Positions 8,776 to 20,129 of a stretch of 61,277 bases of DNA are shown piece by piece. Both the position numbers and the translations under genes were made by a program. Under the pieces are notes generated by a model. It searched no databases. It was not told the origin of the DNA and saw only the letters and a program-made list of their open reading frames with translations. Source of the stretch: an uncultured Gammaproteobacteria bacterium. Lineage in GTDB: Bacteria; Patescibacteriota; Patescibacteriia; Patescibacteriales; UBA12465. The stretch lies in the NCBI GenBank assembly GCA_964587195.1, contig CAZPKN010000003.1:1-61277 (forward strand), read 5' to 3'. Position 1 is the stretch's first letter. Each line of letters opens with the position of its first letter.

Positions 8776-10854
8776 ATGTCTCGTGACTACTCTCTAGACC
8801 ATATCCGCAACATCGGAATCATGGCGCACATTGATGCCGGTAAAACAACTTTTACTGAGCGCGTTTTGTTTTATACCGGTAAGAAGCATAAAATAGGTGA
8901 AACCCATGAAGGGCAGGCTGATATGGACTGGATGGAGCAGGAAAAAGAAAGAGGAATTACGATTACTTCCGCAGCGACGACTTGTTTTTGGAAGAACAAT
9001 AAAATCAATATTATTGATACCCCGGGGCACGTCGATTTTACGGTTGAAGTAGAACGTTCTTTGCGTGTTTTAGACGGTGCGGTAGCTGTTTTTGATGGAC
9101 AAGCCGGCGTAGAGCCTCAATCAGAGACTGTTTGGCGCCAAGCCGACAAGTATCATGTTCCACGTCTTTGTTTTGTTAATAAGATGGATAAGATGGGGGC
9201 GGATTTTTACATGAGCTTAAAGTCTATTCGTGATCGCTTAAGCCCTAAAGCCGTTGCCATCCAATTACCGATTGGCGCTGAAGACACTTTAAGCGGCGTT
9301 ATTGATATTTTAGAAAAGAAAGCTTATACCTTTTCTGGTTTTAATGGCTTAGAGATTAAAGAGATTGCAATTCCTGAAGACATGAAGGATAAGGTTGATC
9401 AATATCACAACGAACTTGTAGAAAGAGCAGTTGAATGCGATGAAGCCGCTATGGAAAAATATTTAGGCGGGCAGGAGGTTTCTCTTGAGGAACTGAAGAA
9501 GGCGATCAGAAAAGGGGTAATTGCTAACCAGCTTTATCCAGTTATGTGCGGAACAGCTTTGCAGAATATCGGCGTTCAGTTAGTTTTAGATGCTGTTAAT
9601 GAATATTTACCATCCCCGATTGATTTACCAGAAATCGAGGCAACCGATGCGCATGATCCAGAAAAAACATTTTTAATCACGGCTGACGACGGCAAGCCTT
9701 TTGTTGGTTTAGCTTTTAAAATCGCGACCGACCCTTTTGTCGGGAAGCTCTGTTTCGTGCGTGTTTATCAGGGGGTTTTAACTTCTGGCTCATATATTGT
9801 TAATTCTTCTAAAGATACTAAAGAGAGAGTCGGACGTTTAGTTCGGATGCACGCTCAGCATCGTGAAGAAATCAAGGAAATTTGTGCTGGCGATATCGCT
9901 GCGATTATTGGTCTTAAAAATACTACTACCGGTAATACTTTGTGCGACGAAAGTAATCCTGTTTTAATGGAATCGATTATTTTCCCAGAGCCAGTTATTA
10001 AGATTGCGGTTGAGCCGAAAACTAAAGCTGATCAAGAAAAAATGGGGGTCGCTCTGCAGCGTTTAGCCGAGGAAGATCCGACTTTCCGGGTGGAAACTGA
10101 TGCGGAAACTAACCAAGTTTTGATTTCCGGTATGGGTGAATTACATCTTGATATTATCGTTGACCGCATGAAGCGCGAATTCAGCGTTGAAGCTAATGTC
10201 GGCAATCCGCAAGTATCATATCGTGAAACTATCACTAGAGTAGCTGAAGCAGAGCACAAGTATGCTAAACAGTCCGGCGGACGCGGTCAATACGGCCATT
10301 GTTCTTTGCGCATTGAACCGATGGAGACTGGCAAGGGTCTAGAATTTGCCGATGAAGTTAAGGGCGGTGTTATTCCTAAAGAATACATTCCCGCGATTGA
10401 AAAAGGTTTCCGCGAAGCAGTTCTTAGCGGTACGGTTGCCGGCTATCCAATGGTTGACGTGAAGTGTGCGGTTTTCTATGGTTCTTATCATGAAGTTGAC
10501 TCTTCGGAAATTGCCTTTAAATTAGCCGCTATTCACGCCTTTAGAGATGCCTGCCAGAAAGCCGGTGCTGTTCTTTTGGAGCCAATCATGAAAGTTGAAG
10601 TTACTACCCCTGAGGAATATATGGGTAATATTATTGGCGACTTAAGCAGTAAGCGCGGTCAAGTTGAAGAAATGTCTGATAGGGCCAATGTTAAAGTGGT
10701 GCGCGCTAAAGTGCCGCTCGCGGAAATGTTTGGTTATTCGACTGGCCTGCGTTCTATGTCTCAAGGTCGTGCTAACTATGTTATGGAATTTTCCAATTAC
10801 GCTGAAGTCCCGAAAAACATTTTAGAAGCGATTAAAGAGAAGAAGGGAAGGTAG
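8776..10854 (+). CDS. fusA: Elongation factor G
   Basis: [27 protein letters not shown] and [10 protein letters not shown] motifs. Confidence 0.99.
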   Translation: MSRDYSLDHIRNIGIMAHIDAGKTTFTERVLFYTGKKHKIGETHEGQADMDWMEQEKERGITITSAATTCFWKNNKINIIDTPGHVDFTVEVERSLRVLDGAVAVFDGQAGVEPQSETVWRQADKYHVPRLCFVNKMDKMGADFYMSLKSIRDRLSPKAVAIQLPIGAEDTLSGVIDILEKKAYTFSGFNGLEIKEIAIPEDMKDKVDQYHNELVERAVECDEAAMEKYLGGQEVSLEELKKAIRKGVIANQLYPVMCGTALQNIGVQLVLDAVNEYLPSPIDLPEIEATDAHDPEKTFLITADDGKPFVGLAFKIATDPFVGKLCFVRVYQGVLTSGSYIVNSSKDTKERVGRLVRMHAQHREEIKEICAGDIAAIIGLKNTTTGNTLCDESNPVLMESIIFPEPVIKIAVEPKTKADQEKMGVALQRLAEEDPTFRVETDAETNQVLISGMGELHLDIIVDRMKREFSVEANVGNPQVSYRETITRVAEAEHKYAKQSGGRGQYGHCSLRIEPMETGKGLEFADEVKGGVIPKEYIPAIEKGFREAVLSGTVAGYPMVDVKCAVFYGSYHEVDSSEIAFKLAAIHAFRDACQKAGAVLLEPIMKVEVTTPEEYMGNIIGDLSSKRGQVEEMSDRANVKVVRAKVPLAEMFGYSTGLRSMSQGRANYVMEFSNYAEVPKNILEAIKEKKGR

Positions 10855-10889
10855 CCTGTTAGTTGCTTATTAATTTAAGTTTTAATTTT

Positions 10890-11294
10890 ATGTTCCCCGA
10901 ACAATTAAAAAGAATTCTTAACTTAATAAAAAAGACCGGAGATAAGGTAGTTGTTTTTGATGCTAGCGCGTCTGATGATTCCTATGTTTTAATGAATTTC
11001 AATTCTTATGAAGGTCTGGTCGCAGATGAAACTTTAACAACAATATCTCCTAAAACAGAACCAGTTAATCCGCTAGTTGAATTAGCAAAAAAAGAGGAAT
11101 TTAAGCCAGAAAAAAGCGATTTATCGACTGTCAGTGAAAATTTGACAGAAGAAGATTTAACTGATAAAATAAATCGCGAAATATCTGTGTGGAAAAATAG
11201 CCAAAACGCAGAGTCTTTGGCTGCCGATGATAGGTCAAAAAAAGCTTGGTCGATTCCGCCGCAGGTAAAAAATAAAGCACAGGAAGTTGAGTAA
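10890..11294 (+). CDS. Hypothetical protein between fusA and tuf
   Basis: 134-aa ORF from ATG 10890; N-terminal ILNLIKKTGDKVVVFD...YVLMNFNSYE segment, then a charged tail. Confidence 0.7.
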   Translation: MFPEQLKRILNLIKKTGDKVVVFDASASDDSYVLMNFNSYEGLVADETLTTISPKTEPVNPLVELAKKEEFKPEKSDLSTVSENLTEEDLTDKINREISVWKNSQNAESLAADDRSKKAWSIPPQVKNKAQEVE

Positions 11295-11413
11295 TTTAGT
11301 TTAAAAATTTGTAAAAATTTTATTAATAAATAATTAATTTAGTTTGGCTGGTTTCCTTAGGGAAAGAAACTCCGTTAACCTTTTGGTCTAAACGGGGGCC
11401 CAACACAAAAAAC

Positions 11414-12604
11414 ATGGCTGCAGAAAAATTTGAGAGATTAAAATCCCATGTCAACGTCGGCACTATCGGCCACGTCGATCATGGAAAAACTACGTTAACC
11501 GCTGCGATGTTAGCCGTTTTCGCTGCTAAAGGAATGAAGGCGTCTCAAAAGGACGTTGGCGAAATCGATGCTGCTCCAGAGGAAAAGGCTCGCGGTATTA
11601 CTATTGCGACTGCTCACGTTGAATACGAATCAGAATCAAGACACTATGCCCACGTCGATTGTCCGGGTCACGCCGATTATGTTAAGAACATGATCACCGG
11701 TGCTGCTCAGATGGATGGTTCTATTTTAGTTGTAGCGGCGACTGATGGCCCTATGCCTCAGACTCGCGAACACATCTTGTTAGCTCGCCAAGTTGGCGTT
11801 CCTTACATTATCGTTTTCTTGAACAAATGCGATATGGTTGAGGATAAAGAATTAATCGACTTAGTTGAAGAAGAAATTCGTGACTTATTAAAGAAATATG
11901 AATTCCCTGGTGATACTACCCCGATTATTCGCGGTTCTGCTTTAAAGGCTTTAGAAAACCCAACTGGACCAGATGCTGAGCCATTAATGAAGTTGATGGA
12001 AGCTTTGGATACTTATATCCCAGAACCTGCTCGTGATGTTGATCATCCTTTCTTAATGCCGATTGAAGATATTTTCTCAATCGAAGGTCGTGGTACCGTT
12101 GTTACTGGTCGTATCGAAAGAGGCATTATCAAAGTTGGAGAAGAAGTTGAAATCGTTGGTTTGATGGATACTAAGAAAACTACTGTTACTGGCGTAGAAA
12201 TGTTCAACAAGTCTTTAGACCAAGGACAGGCTGGGGACAACGCCGGTATCTTACTTCGCGGTACTAAGAAAAATGAAGTTGAAAGAGGTCAGGTTCTTTG
12301 CAAACCAGGCTCCATTACTCCTCATACTGAATTCTCCGCTGAAGTATACGTTTTAACTAAAGAAGAAGGTGGTCGCCATAAACCTTTTTTCAATGGCTAC
12401 AAGCCACAATTCTACTTTAAGACCACTGATGTTACTGGTGATATTACTTTACCAGCAGGAACTGAAATGGTTATGCCGGGCGACACTATTAATTTAGATA
12501 TTAAATTAATTGCTCCAATTGCTTTGGAAGACAAGCAGAAGTTCACTATCCGCGAAGGCGGTAGAACTGTTGGCGCTGGTGTTGTTACCAAGATCATGAA
12601 ATAA
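11414..12604 (+). CDS. tuf: Elongation factor Tu
   Basis: [22 protein letters not shown] and [10 protein letters not shown] motifs. Confidence 0.99.
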   Translation: MAAEKFERLKSHVNVGTIGHVDHGKTTLTAAMLAVFAAKGMKASQKDVGEIDAAPEEKARGITIATAHVEYESESRHYAHVDCPGHADYVKNMITGAAQMDGSILVVAATDGPMPQTREHILLARQVGVPYIIVFLNKCDMVEDKELIDLVEEEIRDLLKKYEFPGDTTPIIRGSALKALENPTGPDAEPLMKLMEALDTYIPEPARDVDHPFLMPIEDIFSIEGRGTVVTGRIERGIIKVGEEVEIVGLMDTKKTTVTGVEMFNKSLDQGQAGDNAGILLRGTKKNEVERGQVLCKPGSITPHTEFSAEVYVLTKEEGGRHKPFFNGYKPQFYFKTTDVTGDITLPAGTEMVMPGDTINLDIKLIAPIALEDKQKFTIREGGRTVGAGVVTKIMK

Positions 12605-12673
12605 GTAAATACTTTGCCTCGTTCTTTCTGAAAGGGAAGGACGAGGTTGTAGTGTTAATTTAAGAATTTAATT

Positions 12674-13009
12674 ATGTCCGAAAACAAAAAAGAAGCTAAT
12701 GAATTCAAGCAGCGTATCAGAATCAAGATCAAAGCTTTTGATCACAAGATTATTGATCAGTCGACGAAAACGATTATCGAAACAATAGAACGTTCCGATG
12801 CTCAGTTTTTTGGACCTATCCCGCTGCCGACAGAAAAAAGAAAGTATACCGTCAATCGCTCAACTTTCGTTCACAAAGATGCGCGCGATCAGTATGAAAT
12901 GCGCGTTCATAAGAGGATGATTGATATTATCGACCCGACGGCTAAAACCATCGAGGATTTGACGAACCTAAGCCTACCAGCCGGGGTTGACGTCGAGATT
13001 AAAATGTAG
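12674..13009 (+). CDS. rpsJ: 30S ribosomal protein S10
   Basis: [18 protein letters not shown] and [10 protein letters not shown] motifs. Confidence 0.98.
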   Translation: MSENKKEANEFKQRIRIKIKAFDHKIIDQSTKTIIETIERSDAQFFGPIPLPTEKRKYTVNRSTFVHKDARDQYEMRVHKRMIDIIDPTAKTIEDLTNLSLPAGVDVEIKM

Positions 13010-13214
13010 TAATATTACCAAGTAATATATTAAATTTGCTAAGGCTCGCCTGAACAACTCTAGGTACTAGAAAGTATTTAAGCGAAAATTAGTCAAAATT
13101 TGGAGGTAAATCAGCCAGAAACAATATAATCTAAATAATAACTAATCAAGGTTATTTTTATAGTTTGTATTCCTAGCTGGTTTTGGACCAGTTTTTTGTT
13201 AAATATAGACAAAT

Positions 13215-14033
13215 ATGAAATTTATTTTAGGGAACAAATTAAGCATGACCCAGGTTTGGAAGGGTGATAGGGTAATCGCCGTTACTCCGGTTTTAGCTGG
13301 GCCTTGTGTTATCACCCAGGTAAAAAACCAGTCTAAGGATGGTTATGAAGCTTTACAGTTAGCGAGCGGAACTAGAAAAGAAAAAAATATTAATAAACCG
13401 CAAATTGGCCATTTTAAGTCCGCTGGAGTTAAACCGGCTCATGTGCGTGAATTCCGTTTAGGAAAAACAGCTGATTTTAAAGTTGGTGATGTTATCAGTG
13501 TTGAAGCTTTTACTGAAGGCGATATTATTAATGTTACCGGCACTTCTAAGGGTAAAGGTTTCCAAGGTGTTGTGAAGCGTCACGGTTTTCATGGTTTTAG
13601 AAAAACTCATGGTAATAAAGATCAGGAAAGAATGCCCGGCTCTATCGGCCCTAAGGGTCCAGCCCATGTTTTTAAAGGAACGAGAATGGCCGGACGTATG
13701 GGCGGCGATAGAGTTACTACTACTAATTTAGAGGTTGTTTCCGTTAATCCAGCCGAAAATATCATTTATGTTAAAGGCTCTGTTCCCGGTGCTATCAATG
13801 GCTTAGTGATGATTACTGGTCGTGGCGATTTGCAAGTTAACTTAAAGAAAGCCGCTACTCAAGTTCAAGAAGTCACAGAGGAGACCTCAGCTCCAGAAGA
13901 AGCGGCCGCAGAAGTTAGTGAGATTAAAGAAGAGGTTGCCGCTGTAGAAGTTAAAGAAGAAACTAAAGAAGAAACTAAAGAAAAAACTAAAGAAGCAGCC
14001 CTAGAAGAAGTCAAAGAAGAGGCCCAAGCTTAA
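13215..14033 (+). CDS. rplC: 50S ribosomal protein L3 with acidic C-terminal extension
   Basis: GTSKGKGFQGVVKRHGF and MAGRMGG motifs. Confidence 0.98.
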   Translation: MKFILGNKLSMTQVWKGDRVIAVTPVLAGPCVITQVKNQSKDGYEALQLASGTRKEKNINKPQIGHFKSAGVKPAHVREFRLGKTADFKVGDVISVEAFTEGDIINVTGTSKGKGFQGVVKRHGFHGFRKTHGNKDQERMPGSIGPKGPAHVFKGTRMAGRMGGDRVTTTNLEVVSVNPAENIIYVKGSVPGAINGLVMITGRGDLQVNLKKAATQVQEVTEETSAPEEAAAEVSEIKEEVAAVEVKEETKEETKEKTKEAALEEVKEEAQA

Positions 14034-14057
14034 TAAAAAAAGTAATTGATTTATTAT

Positions 14058-14708
14058 ATGTCATTAAAGATAAAAGTTTACAACCAATCTATTGAGCCTC
14101 TTAAAGATTTAGAGTTGCCAGTTAAAATTTTTGGCGTCGAGCCGAATCATGAATTACTACATCAGGCCATTGTTACTCAAATGGCTAATACTCGTCAGGT
14201 TTTAGCGGATACTAAAGGACGGGCTGAAGTTTCAGGTGGTGGTAAAAAGCCTTGGAAACAAAAGGGAACAGGCCGCGCTCGCGCTGGGTCTAGCCGTTCG
14301 CCGATTTGGATTGGCGGTGGCGTCACTTTTGGTCCGACTAGCGATCGAAATTTTAAAAAGAAAATTAACCAAAAAATGAAGCAGAAAGCTTTATTTATGG
14401 TCTTAAGCGATAAGCTAGCGATGGAATCTTTAGTGGTTTTAGAAAATTTAGATTTTTCTGACTATAAGACTAAGAAATTTAATGAGATCTTAACTAAGGT
14501 AGAAAAGAATATCTTAAAAAATGAACGCCGCAATGTTTTAGTTGTTAATGAGGCTAAAGAAGAAAAAGCTAAATATTCCGGACGCAACCTACAGGGAGTT
14601 AAGATAATCAATGCGGAAAACATTAATCTACTCGATCTCTTAAATTATAAGAACTTGATCATTACTGAAAGCGTAGTACAGTCCCTAATAGATCGTTATA
14701 ATAAATAA
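14058..14708 (+). CDS. rplD: 50S ribosomal protein L4
   Basis: GGGKKPWKQKGTGRARAGS and GGGVTFGP motifs; ATG at 14058 preferred. Confidence 0.98.
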   Translation: MSLKIKVYNQSIEPLKDLELPVKIFGVEPNHELLHQAIVTQMANTRQVLADTKGRAEVSGGGKKPWKQKGTGRARAGSSRSPIWIGGGVTFGPTSDRNFKKKINQKMKQKALFMVLSDKLAMESLVVLENLDFSDYKTKKFNEILTKVEKNILKNERRNVLVVNEAKEEKAKYSGRNLQGVKIINAENINLLDLLNYKNLIITESVVQSLIDRYNK

Positions 14709-14731
14709 ATCGTTTAATCATTTTGAAAAAT

Positions 14732-15178
14732 ATGGCGTTATTTGGCAAAAAACCAGCAGCCGCAACCGATAAGAAGGCTTCCTCGAAAGAAGAAAAATCC
14801 GAAAAAGCCGTGAGCATGAAGGACTTGTATTCTGAGGCGGCGGTTAAAACTGTTAAATCAGCTGACGGAAAGACAAAAAAAGCTAGCAAGGTTAGTGATG
14901 CTTATCAGGTATTAGTTAAACCTTTAGTTACCGAAAAAGCGACTAATTTAGCGGCGAGCAATAAATATGTTTTTGTTGTTTCTGATAAAGCCAATAAGAT
15001 TTCCGTTGCTAAGGCAATTGAAGCTTTATATGGTGTTAAGCCGCTGAAAGTAAATATGGCCAATATTTCCGGCAAGAGAGTGGCTCGTGGTCGTATTCGC
15101 GGCCAAAGAAAAGACTGGCGCAAGGCGGTGGTTACTTTAGCCGCCGGCCAATCGATTAAGATTTACGAAGGCGTTTAA
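14732..15178 (+). CDS. rplW: 50S ribosomal protein L23 with N-terminal extension
   Basis: PLVTEKA, KYVFVV and WRKAVVTL motifs. Confidence 0.96.
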   Translation: MALFGKKPAAATDKKASSKEEKSEKAVSMKDLYSEAAVKTVKSADGKTKKASKVSDAYQVLVKPLVTEKATNLAASNKYVFVVSDKANKISVAKAIEALYGVKPLKVNMANISGKRVARGRIRGQRKDWRKAVVTLAAGQSIKIYEGV

Positions 15179-15201
15179 TTTGAATACATTAATTGAACAA
15201 T

Positions 15202-16041
15202 ATGGGAATTAAAAAAGTAAAAGCAAATACCCCGGGACGACGCGAAGCAACTTTTGATGATTTCAAGGATATTACCAAAAAGACTCCGGAAAAAAACTTG
15301 ATTGTCATTAAAAAGAAAAGAGGCGGCCGTAACAGCCAAGGAAAAATTACCGTTCGTCATCGTGGCGGCGGCACCAAGCGTTTTGTCCGTTTGATTGATT
15401 TCAAGCGTGATAAGTTCGATATTCCGGCTACAGTAGCGGCGATTGAATACGATCCGAATCGCGGCGCTCGCTTAGCCTTATTAAATTACGCTGATGGGGA
15501 AAAGAGATATATTATCGCTCCAGTTGATATGAAAGTCGGCGATCAGGTCATGAGCTCTAAGAATTTAATTGAAATTAAAACCGGTAACGCTTTACCGCTT
15601 CAGTTTATCCCTGCCGGCATGGCCGTTAGCGCCGTTGAACTTGAACCTGGTCAGGGGGCAAAAATTGCTCGCGGGGCCGGTAATCTAGTTTATGTCATGG
15701 GTGTCGAAGGAAAATATGCTCAAGTAAAAATGCCATCGGGCGAAATTCGCAAGATTAAAAAAGATTGTCTCTGTACTGTTGGCCAAGCTAGTAATCCTGA
15801 TAAGCGCCATATTACCTTAGGTAAAGCGGGTAGAATGCGTTACTTAGGTTTCCGTCCGACTGTCCGCGGTACCGCTATGAATCCGGTTGATCATCCACAC
15901 GGTGGTGGTGAAGGCAAGCAATCTATCGGTTTACGTCATCCTAAGACTCCTTGGGGCAAGCCAGCTCTAGGGGTTAAGACTAGACGCAAACATCCGTCTG
16001 ATAAGTTAATTGTCAAACGTCGCTCCAAGAGAAGAAAATAA
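15202..16041 (+). CDS. rplB: 50S ribosomal protein L2
   Basis: [11 protein letters not shown] and [14 protein letters not shown] motifs. Confidence 0.99.
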   Translation: MGIKKVKANTPGRREATFDDFKDITKKTPEKNLIVIKKKRGGRNSQGKITVRHRGGGTKRFVRLIDFKRDKFDIPATVAAIEYDPNRGARLALLNYADGEKRYIIAPVDMKVGDQVMSSKNLIEIKTGNALPLQFIPAGMAVSAVELEPGQGAKIARGAGNLVYVMGVEGKYAQVKMPSGEIRKIKKDCLCTVGQASNPDKRHITLGKAGRMRYLGFRPTVRGTAMNPVDHPHGGGEGKQSIGLRHPKTPWGKPALGVKTRRKHPSDKLIVKRRSKRRK

Positions 16042-16065
16042 TTTGTAATTAGTTAATAAACAAAT

Positions 16066-16353
16066 ATGTCCAGAAGTTTAAAAAAAGGACCATACGTCAA
16101 TTTACGCCTCCTCAATAAAGTTAAAGATTTAAAAGCAGGCGAAAAGACTGTTATCAAGGTTTGGGATAGAGCGGCCACAATTACTCCAGAAATGGTTGGC
16201 CATACCTTCGGTGTTCATAACGGTAAGACTCATGTTCCGGTTTATGTTGTTGAAAATATGGTCGGCCATCGTCTTGGCGAGTTTTCTCCGACTAAGAAGT
16301 TTGTCAGTCATGGCGGTAAGATGGCTAAGTCACAGGCCGCTGCTAAAAAATAA
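16066..16353 (+). CDS. rpsS: 30S ribosomal protein S19
   Basis: MSRSLKKGP and HNGK...[12 protein letters not shown] motifs. Confidence 0.98.
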   Translation: MSRSLKKGPYVNLRLLNKVKDLKAGEKTVIKVWDRAATITPEMVGHTFGVHNGKTHVPVYVVENMVGHRLGEFSPTKKFVSHGGKMAKSQAAAKK

Positions 16354-16375
16354 TTCGTACTAATTTCCTAATAAT

Positions 16376-16939
16376 ATGGAAGTAAAAGCCAGTTTAAAAC
16401 ATTTAAGAATGTCTCCACGCAAAGCTCGCTTGGTTATTGATGTTATTCGTAAAATGCCGGTTAATACCGCTTTGGACCAATTAAAATTCATCAATAAAAA
16501 AGCTGCTGAACCGATTGCCGGTTTGATTAAAAGTGCGATTGCTAACGGTGTTAATACCTATAGTTTGGAGGCAGACAATTTATATATCAAAGAGATTCGT
16601 TCTGATGAGGGCGTGATGTTAAAGCGTTGGATGCCTCGTGCTCACGGACGAGCGACTTCCATCCGCAAACGCGGCTGCCATTTGAATGTTGTTCTAGCTG
16701 AAATCAAGGAAAGCGGCCAGAAAGAGAAAAAAGTGGTTAAAGTGGCCGATCCGGTTAAATTAGAAAAATTAGCCGCTGACAGCGCTAAGGCCGTTAAAGG
16801 CGATAAGGTTAAGAAGGAAGCTAAAACCAAGGAAAAGACAGTTGAAGCCGCTGACCCAAGAATGGAAAACCAGCACGCTCCGGCTAAAGCCGAGGGTAAA
16901 GGCTTCTCTGCTAAGATGTTTAGACGTAAAGCTGGTTAA
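16376..16939 (+). CDS. rplV: 50S ribosomal protein L22 with C-terminal extension
   Basis: RMSPRKARLV and PRAHGRAT motifs. Confidence 0.97.
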   Translation: MEVKASLKHLRMSPRKARLVIDVIRKMPVNTALDQLKFINKKAAEPIAGLIKSAIANGVNTYSLEADNLYIKEIRSDEGVMLKRWMPRAHGRATSIRKRGCHLNVVLAEIKESGQKEKKVVKVADPVKLEKLAADSAKAVKGDKVKKEAKTKEKTVEAADPRMENQHAPAKAEGKGFSAKMFRRKAG

Positions 16940-16972
16940 TATATATTGGTAATAAATGATTTTTAAATACAT

Positions 16973-17650
16973 ATGGGTAAAAAAGTAAATCCAAAAATCC
17001 TCCGCATGGGCATCACTAAAACTTGGGCTTCGGTCTGGTTTGAAAGCGGCGAAAAATATATCAAGAACGTTCGCCAGGATGTTTTAATCCGTAAATACTT
17101 AATTCGCGAGTTCAAGGAAGCCGGCGTTGATAAGGTTGAGATAATCCGCAGCTTGAATAAGATTGAGGTCACGGTGACTACCGCTAAGCCAGGTTTAATT
17201 ATTGGTCGCGGCGGTAATGGCGTTGAGGATTTGAAGAAAAAAATCCATGACAAATTCTTAAAGAATTTCCGTTTGGGCGAAATCAATTTGAATATCAAGG
17301 AAGCTAGTCGTCCCGGGTTAAGCGCTCAGATTATTGTTCAGTCAATGATTATGGATATTGAAAAAAGAATGCCTTTTCGTAAAGTAATGAAGCAGACTAT
17401 TTCTAAAGTAGAGAGAGCTGGGGCCTTAGGAGTTAAAGTGGTTGTCTCTGGACGCTTGAATGGCGCAGAAATTGCTAGAACTGAGAAGTTGGTTTCCGGA
17501 AAAGTTCCTCTCCAGACCTTAAGAGCGGATATTGATTATGCTCGCGGTGCTGCTAATACTACTTATGGTACTATCGGCATCAAAGTCTGGATTTATAAAG
17601 GTGAAGTTTTTGAAAAAGAATCGCAAAAAGGCGAAGTGATCGCCAGCTAA
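16973..17650 (+). CDS. rpsC: 30S ribosomal protein S3
   Basis: MGKKVNP, KPGLIIGRGG and PLQTLRADIDY motifs. Confidence 0.98.
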   Translation: MGKKVNPKILRMGITKTWASVWFESGEKYIKNVRQDVLIRKYLIREFKEAGVDKVEIIRSLNKIEVTVTTAKPGLIIGRGGNGVEDLKKKIHDKFLKNFRLGEINLNIKEASRPGLSAQIIVQSMIMDIEKRMPFRKVMKQTISKVERAGALGVKVVVSGRLNGAEIARTEKLVSGKVPLQTLRADIDYARGAANTTYGTIGIKVWIYKGEVFEKESQKGEVIAS

Positions 17651-17675
17651 GAATATAAAATAAAGTTTTTTCTAT

Positions 17676-18083
17676 ATGTTAATGCCAAAGAAAACCAAAT
17701 GGAGAAAAGATCATAAGCGGCGTCGTGGCGGTCAAGCGACTCGTAACTTAAATATTAGTTTCGGCAGCTATGGCTTAAAAGCTTTGACTCCTTGCTGGGT
17801 ATCCGCTCGTCAGATTGAATCGGCTCGTCGCGTTATGACTAAATATGTTAAGAAGACTGGCCGCATTTGGATTAGAATTTTTCCTGATAAACCGGTGACT
17901 GCTCATGGTGGCGAAATTCCGATGGGTAAAGGTAAGGGGGCCGTTGATTATTATGTAGCAATCATTAAGCCGGGCATGATTATGTTTGAAATGGAAGGTA
18001 TTGATAAAGAAACTGCTAAGAAAGCGATGGAACTGGCTGGTTATAAGTTACCGGTTAAATGCCAGTTTATCAGCAAAGAGTAA
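17676..18083 (+). CDS. rplP: 50S ribosomal protein L16
   Basis: RQIESARR, IRIFPDKPVT and MGKGKG motifs. Confidence 0.98.
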   Translation: MLMPKKTKWRKDHKRRRGGQATRNLNISFGSYGLKALTPCWVSARQIESARRVMTKYVKKTGRIWIRIFPDKPVTAHGGEIPMGKGKGAVDYYVAIIKPGMIMFEMEGIDKETAKKAMELAGYKLPVKCQFISKE

Positions 18084-18105
18084 TTTATTAGTTCGTAGCA
18101 AAAAT

Positions 18106-18291
18106 ATGGAATTTAAAGAATTAAAAACTAAGGATAAAAAGGATTTACAGACTCTCTTGAATGTTAATCGTGAGAAATTACGCGAATTGCGTTTTAAGGA
18201 TTCTAATAAGCAATTGAAAAATATTCGCGAAATCCGGGCAACTAGAAATTTAATTGCCCAAACCTTAACTTTATTAAATAACCAAGAATAA
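18106..18291 (+). CDS. rpmC: 50S ribosomal protein L29
   Basis: True start MEFKELK at 18106; ELRF...KNIREIR...IAQTLT; lies between rplP and rpsQ. Confidence 0.92.
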   Translation: MEFKELKTKDKKDLQTLLNVNREKLRELRFKDSNKQLKNIREIRATRNLIAQTLTLLNNQE

Positions 18292-18292
18292 T

Positions 18293-18571
18293 ATGCCCGC
18301 CAAAAAGACACAACCAGAGGTTAAAATAGAAAAACCGGCGACCATTATTAAAAAGTTCAACGGCGTAGTGGTAAGCGATAAAAACGATAAAACGATTGTC
18401 GTTAAGGTTGAAACTGTTAAAGTGCATCCGAAGTATAAGAAAAGATACGTTGTTAGCCGTCGCTACAAAGTTCATGATGAACAGAATGAGTTTAAGGTTG
18501 GCGATAAAGTTGTTTTTATCGAATGCCGCCCTTTAAGCCGCGACAAGCGCTGGAGAGTCATTAAGAAATAA
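18293..18571 (+). CDS. rpsQ: 30S ribosomal protein S17
   Basis: GVVVSDKNDKTIVV, HPKYKK and ECRPLSRDKRW motifs. Confidence 0.98.
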   Translation: MPAKKTQPEVKIEKPATIIKKFNGVVVSDKNDKTIVVKVETVKVHPKYKKRYVVSRRYKVHDEQNEFKVGDKVVFIECRPLSRDKRWRVIKK

Positions 18572-18596
18572 GAGAAGCTAGGAGTTTTATAAATAT

Positions 18597-18971
18597 ATGA
18601 TACAAGTTCAAACTTATCTGAAAGTAGCCGATAATTCTGGTGCCAAAGAAGTTATGTGCATCAGAGTATTAGGCGGATACAAGAAGCGCTATGGGCACGT
18701 CGGCGATATTATTGTCGCGGCAGTAAAAAGCGCGGCGCCTCACGCGGCTATCAAGAAAGGCGATGTTGTTAAAGCGGTTATTGTTCGCACGGCGAAAGAA
18801 ATTAGACGCGCTGACGGTTCTTACCTGCGTTTTAGCGATAATGCGGCGGTTGTGATTAATGATATCAAGAAAAAGGAGCCGAAGGGAACTCGTATTTTTG
18901 GGCCGGTGGCTCGTGAAATCAGACGCGCTGGTTTTACAAAAATTGCTTCTTTAGCGCCTGAGGTTTTGTAA
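18597..18971 (+). CDS. rplN: 50S ribosomal protein L14
   Basis: VADNSGAK and [11 protein letters not shown] motifs. Confidence 0.98.
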   Translation: MIQVQTYLKVADNSGAKEVMCIRVLGGYKKRYGHVGDIIVAAVKSAAPHAAIKKGDVVKAVIVRTAKEIRRADGSYLRFSDNAAVVINDIKKKEPKGTRIFGPVAREIRRAGFTKIASLAPEVL

Positions 18972-18986
18972 TCAATCAAGTAAGTG

Positions 18987-19001
18987 TCCGCCCAAGGCGG
19001 A
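18987..19001. repeat. Short GC-rich intergenic palindrome (REP-like)
   Basis: TCCGCC-CAA-GGCGGA in an AT-rich rplN-rplX spacer; no U tract. Confidence 0.4.
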
Positions 19002-19011
19002 ATAAACAAAT

Positions 19012-19335
19012 ATGAATATCAAAAAGAACGACAAAGTACAAATTTTAACCGGCAAGGATAAAGGTAAGACTGGCAAGGTTTTACAAGTCTTAGCGAGTCA
19101 AGGACGGGTCAGCATTGAAGGTTTAAATTTGTTAATTAAACACTTGCGCCCGAATCGCAATAATGAAAAGGGCCAAAGAATAGAATTTCCTGGTTTTATC
19201 AATATTTCTAATGTCGCTTTAGTTTGTCCGAAATGCGGGAAGAATACTAAAGTTGCTCATAAAATCGTCAAAGTCGAAGGCGGTAAGGATAAAAAATTCC
19301 GAACTTGTAAAAAGTGTCAGGAAACAATCGATTAA
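19012..19335 (+). CDS. rplX: 50S ribosomal protein L24
   Basis: KOW motif GKDKGKTGKV; INISNVALVCPKC. Confidence 0.97.
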   Translation: MNIKKNDKVQILTGKDKGKTGKVLQVLASQGRVSIEGLNLLIKHLRPNRNNEKGQRIEFPGFINISNVALVCPKCGKNTKVAHKIVKVEGGKDKKFRTCKKCQETID

Positions 19336-19345
19336 TTTTAAATCT

Positions 19346-19891
19346 ATGAGACTAAAAGATAAGTATAAAAAAGAAATCGTACCGGCTTTGTCTGAGAAGT
19401 TTTCCTATGCCAATCCTTTTCTGATTCCACGTCTGGAAAAAGTCGTTCTCAATGTTGGCTTTGGCCGCCATTTTAAGGAAAAGGAATATATTGCTAGCGT
19501 GGAAAAGGGCTTAACTAAGTTAAGCGGCCAGAAAATTGTTTTTACTAAGGCTAAGAAATCAATCTCCGCTTTCAAAATTCGTGATGGATTAGTGATTGGC
19601 GCTAAGGTAAGTTTACGTGGCGATAGAATGTATGATTTTGTCGAGAAGCTAGTTAACATAACTTTTCCTCGTGTTCGCGACTTCCGCGGTATTAGCGAAA
19701 AAGCGGTCGATCGCAGCGGAAACTTAACGGTTGGTTTCAAGGAGTATGTTTGTTTCCCGGAAATCCATGTTGAAGATATCGAACATGTTTTCGGCTTGGA
19801 AGTTTGTTTAGCGTCTAGCGCTAAGAACAGGGAAGAAGGTCTGGAATTATTCCGCCTCCTCGGCTTCCCGTTTAAAAAAGAAAGCAAATAA
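19346..19891 (+). CDS. rplE: 50S ribosomal protein L5
   Basis: True start MRLKDKY at 19346; PRLEKVVLNVG and PRVRDFRG motifs. Confidence 0.97.
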   Translation: MRLKDKYKKEIVPALSEKFSYANPFLIPRLEKVVLNVGFGRHFKEKEYIASVEKGLTKLSGQKIVFTKAKKSISAFKIRDGLVIGAKVSLRGDRMYDFVEKLVNITFPRVRDFRGISEKAVDRSGNLTVGFKEYVCFPEIHVEDIEHVFGLEVCLASSAKNREEGLELFRLLGFPFKKESK

Positions 19892-19902
19892 TTTAAATAT
19901 CT

Positions 19903-20088
19903 ATGGCAAGAACTGCATTAATCGTAAAAGCAAACAGAAAACCGAAATTTTCTACCCGGAAAATCAATCGTTGTTGGCGTTGTGGCCGCAACCACGGATT
20001 TATCGGTGATTTCAAATTATGCCGTATCTGTTTTCGAGAATTAGCCGATAACGGCGATTTGCCGGGCATCACCAAGTCTAGCTGGTAA
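19903..20088 (+). CDS. rpsN: 30S ribosomal protein S14, zinc-binding type
   Basis: RCWRCGR...[10 protein letters not shown]...LPGITKSSW. Confidence 0.97.
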   Translation: MARTALIVKANRKPKFSTRKINRCWRCGRNHGFIGDFKLCRICFRELADNGDLPGITKSSW

Positions 20089-20129
20089 TTAAGTTATTGG
20101 TAATAAGTTATTAAGAATTCACTAAAAAT

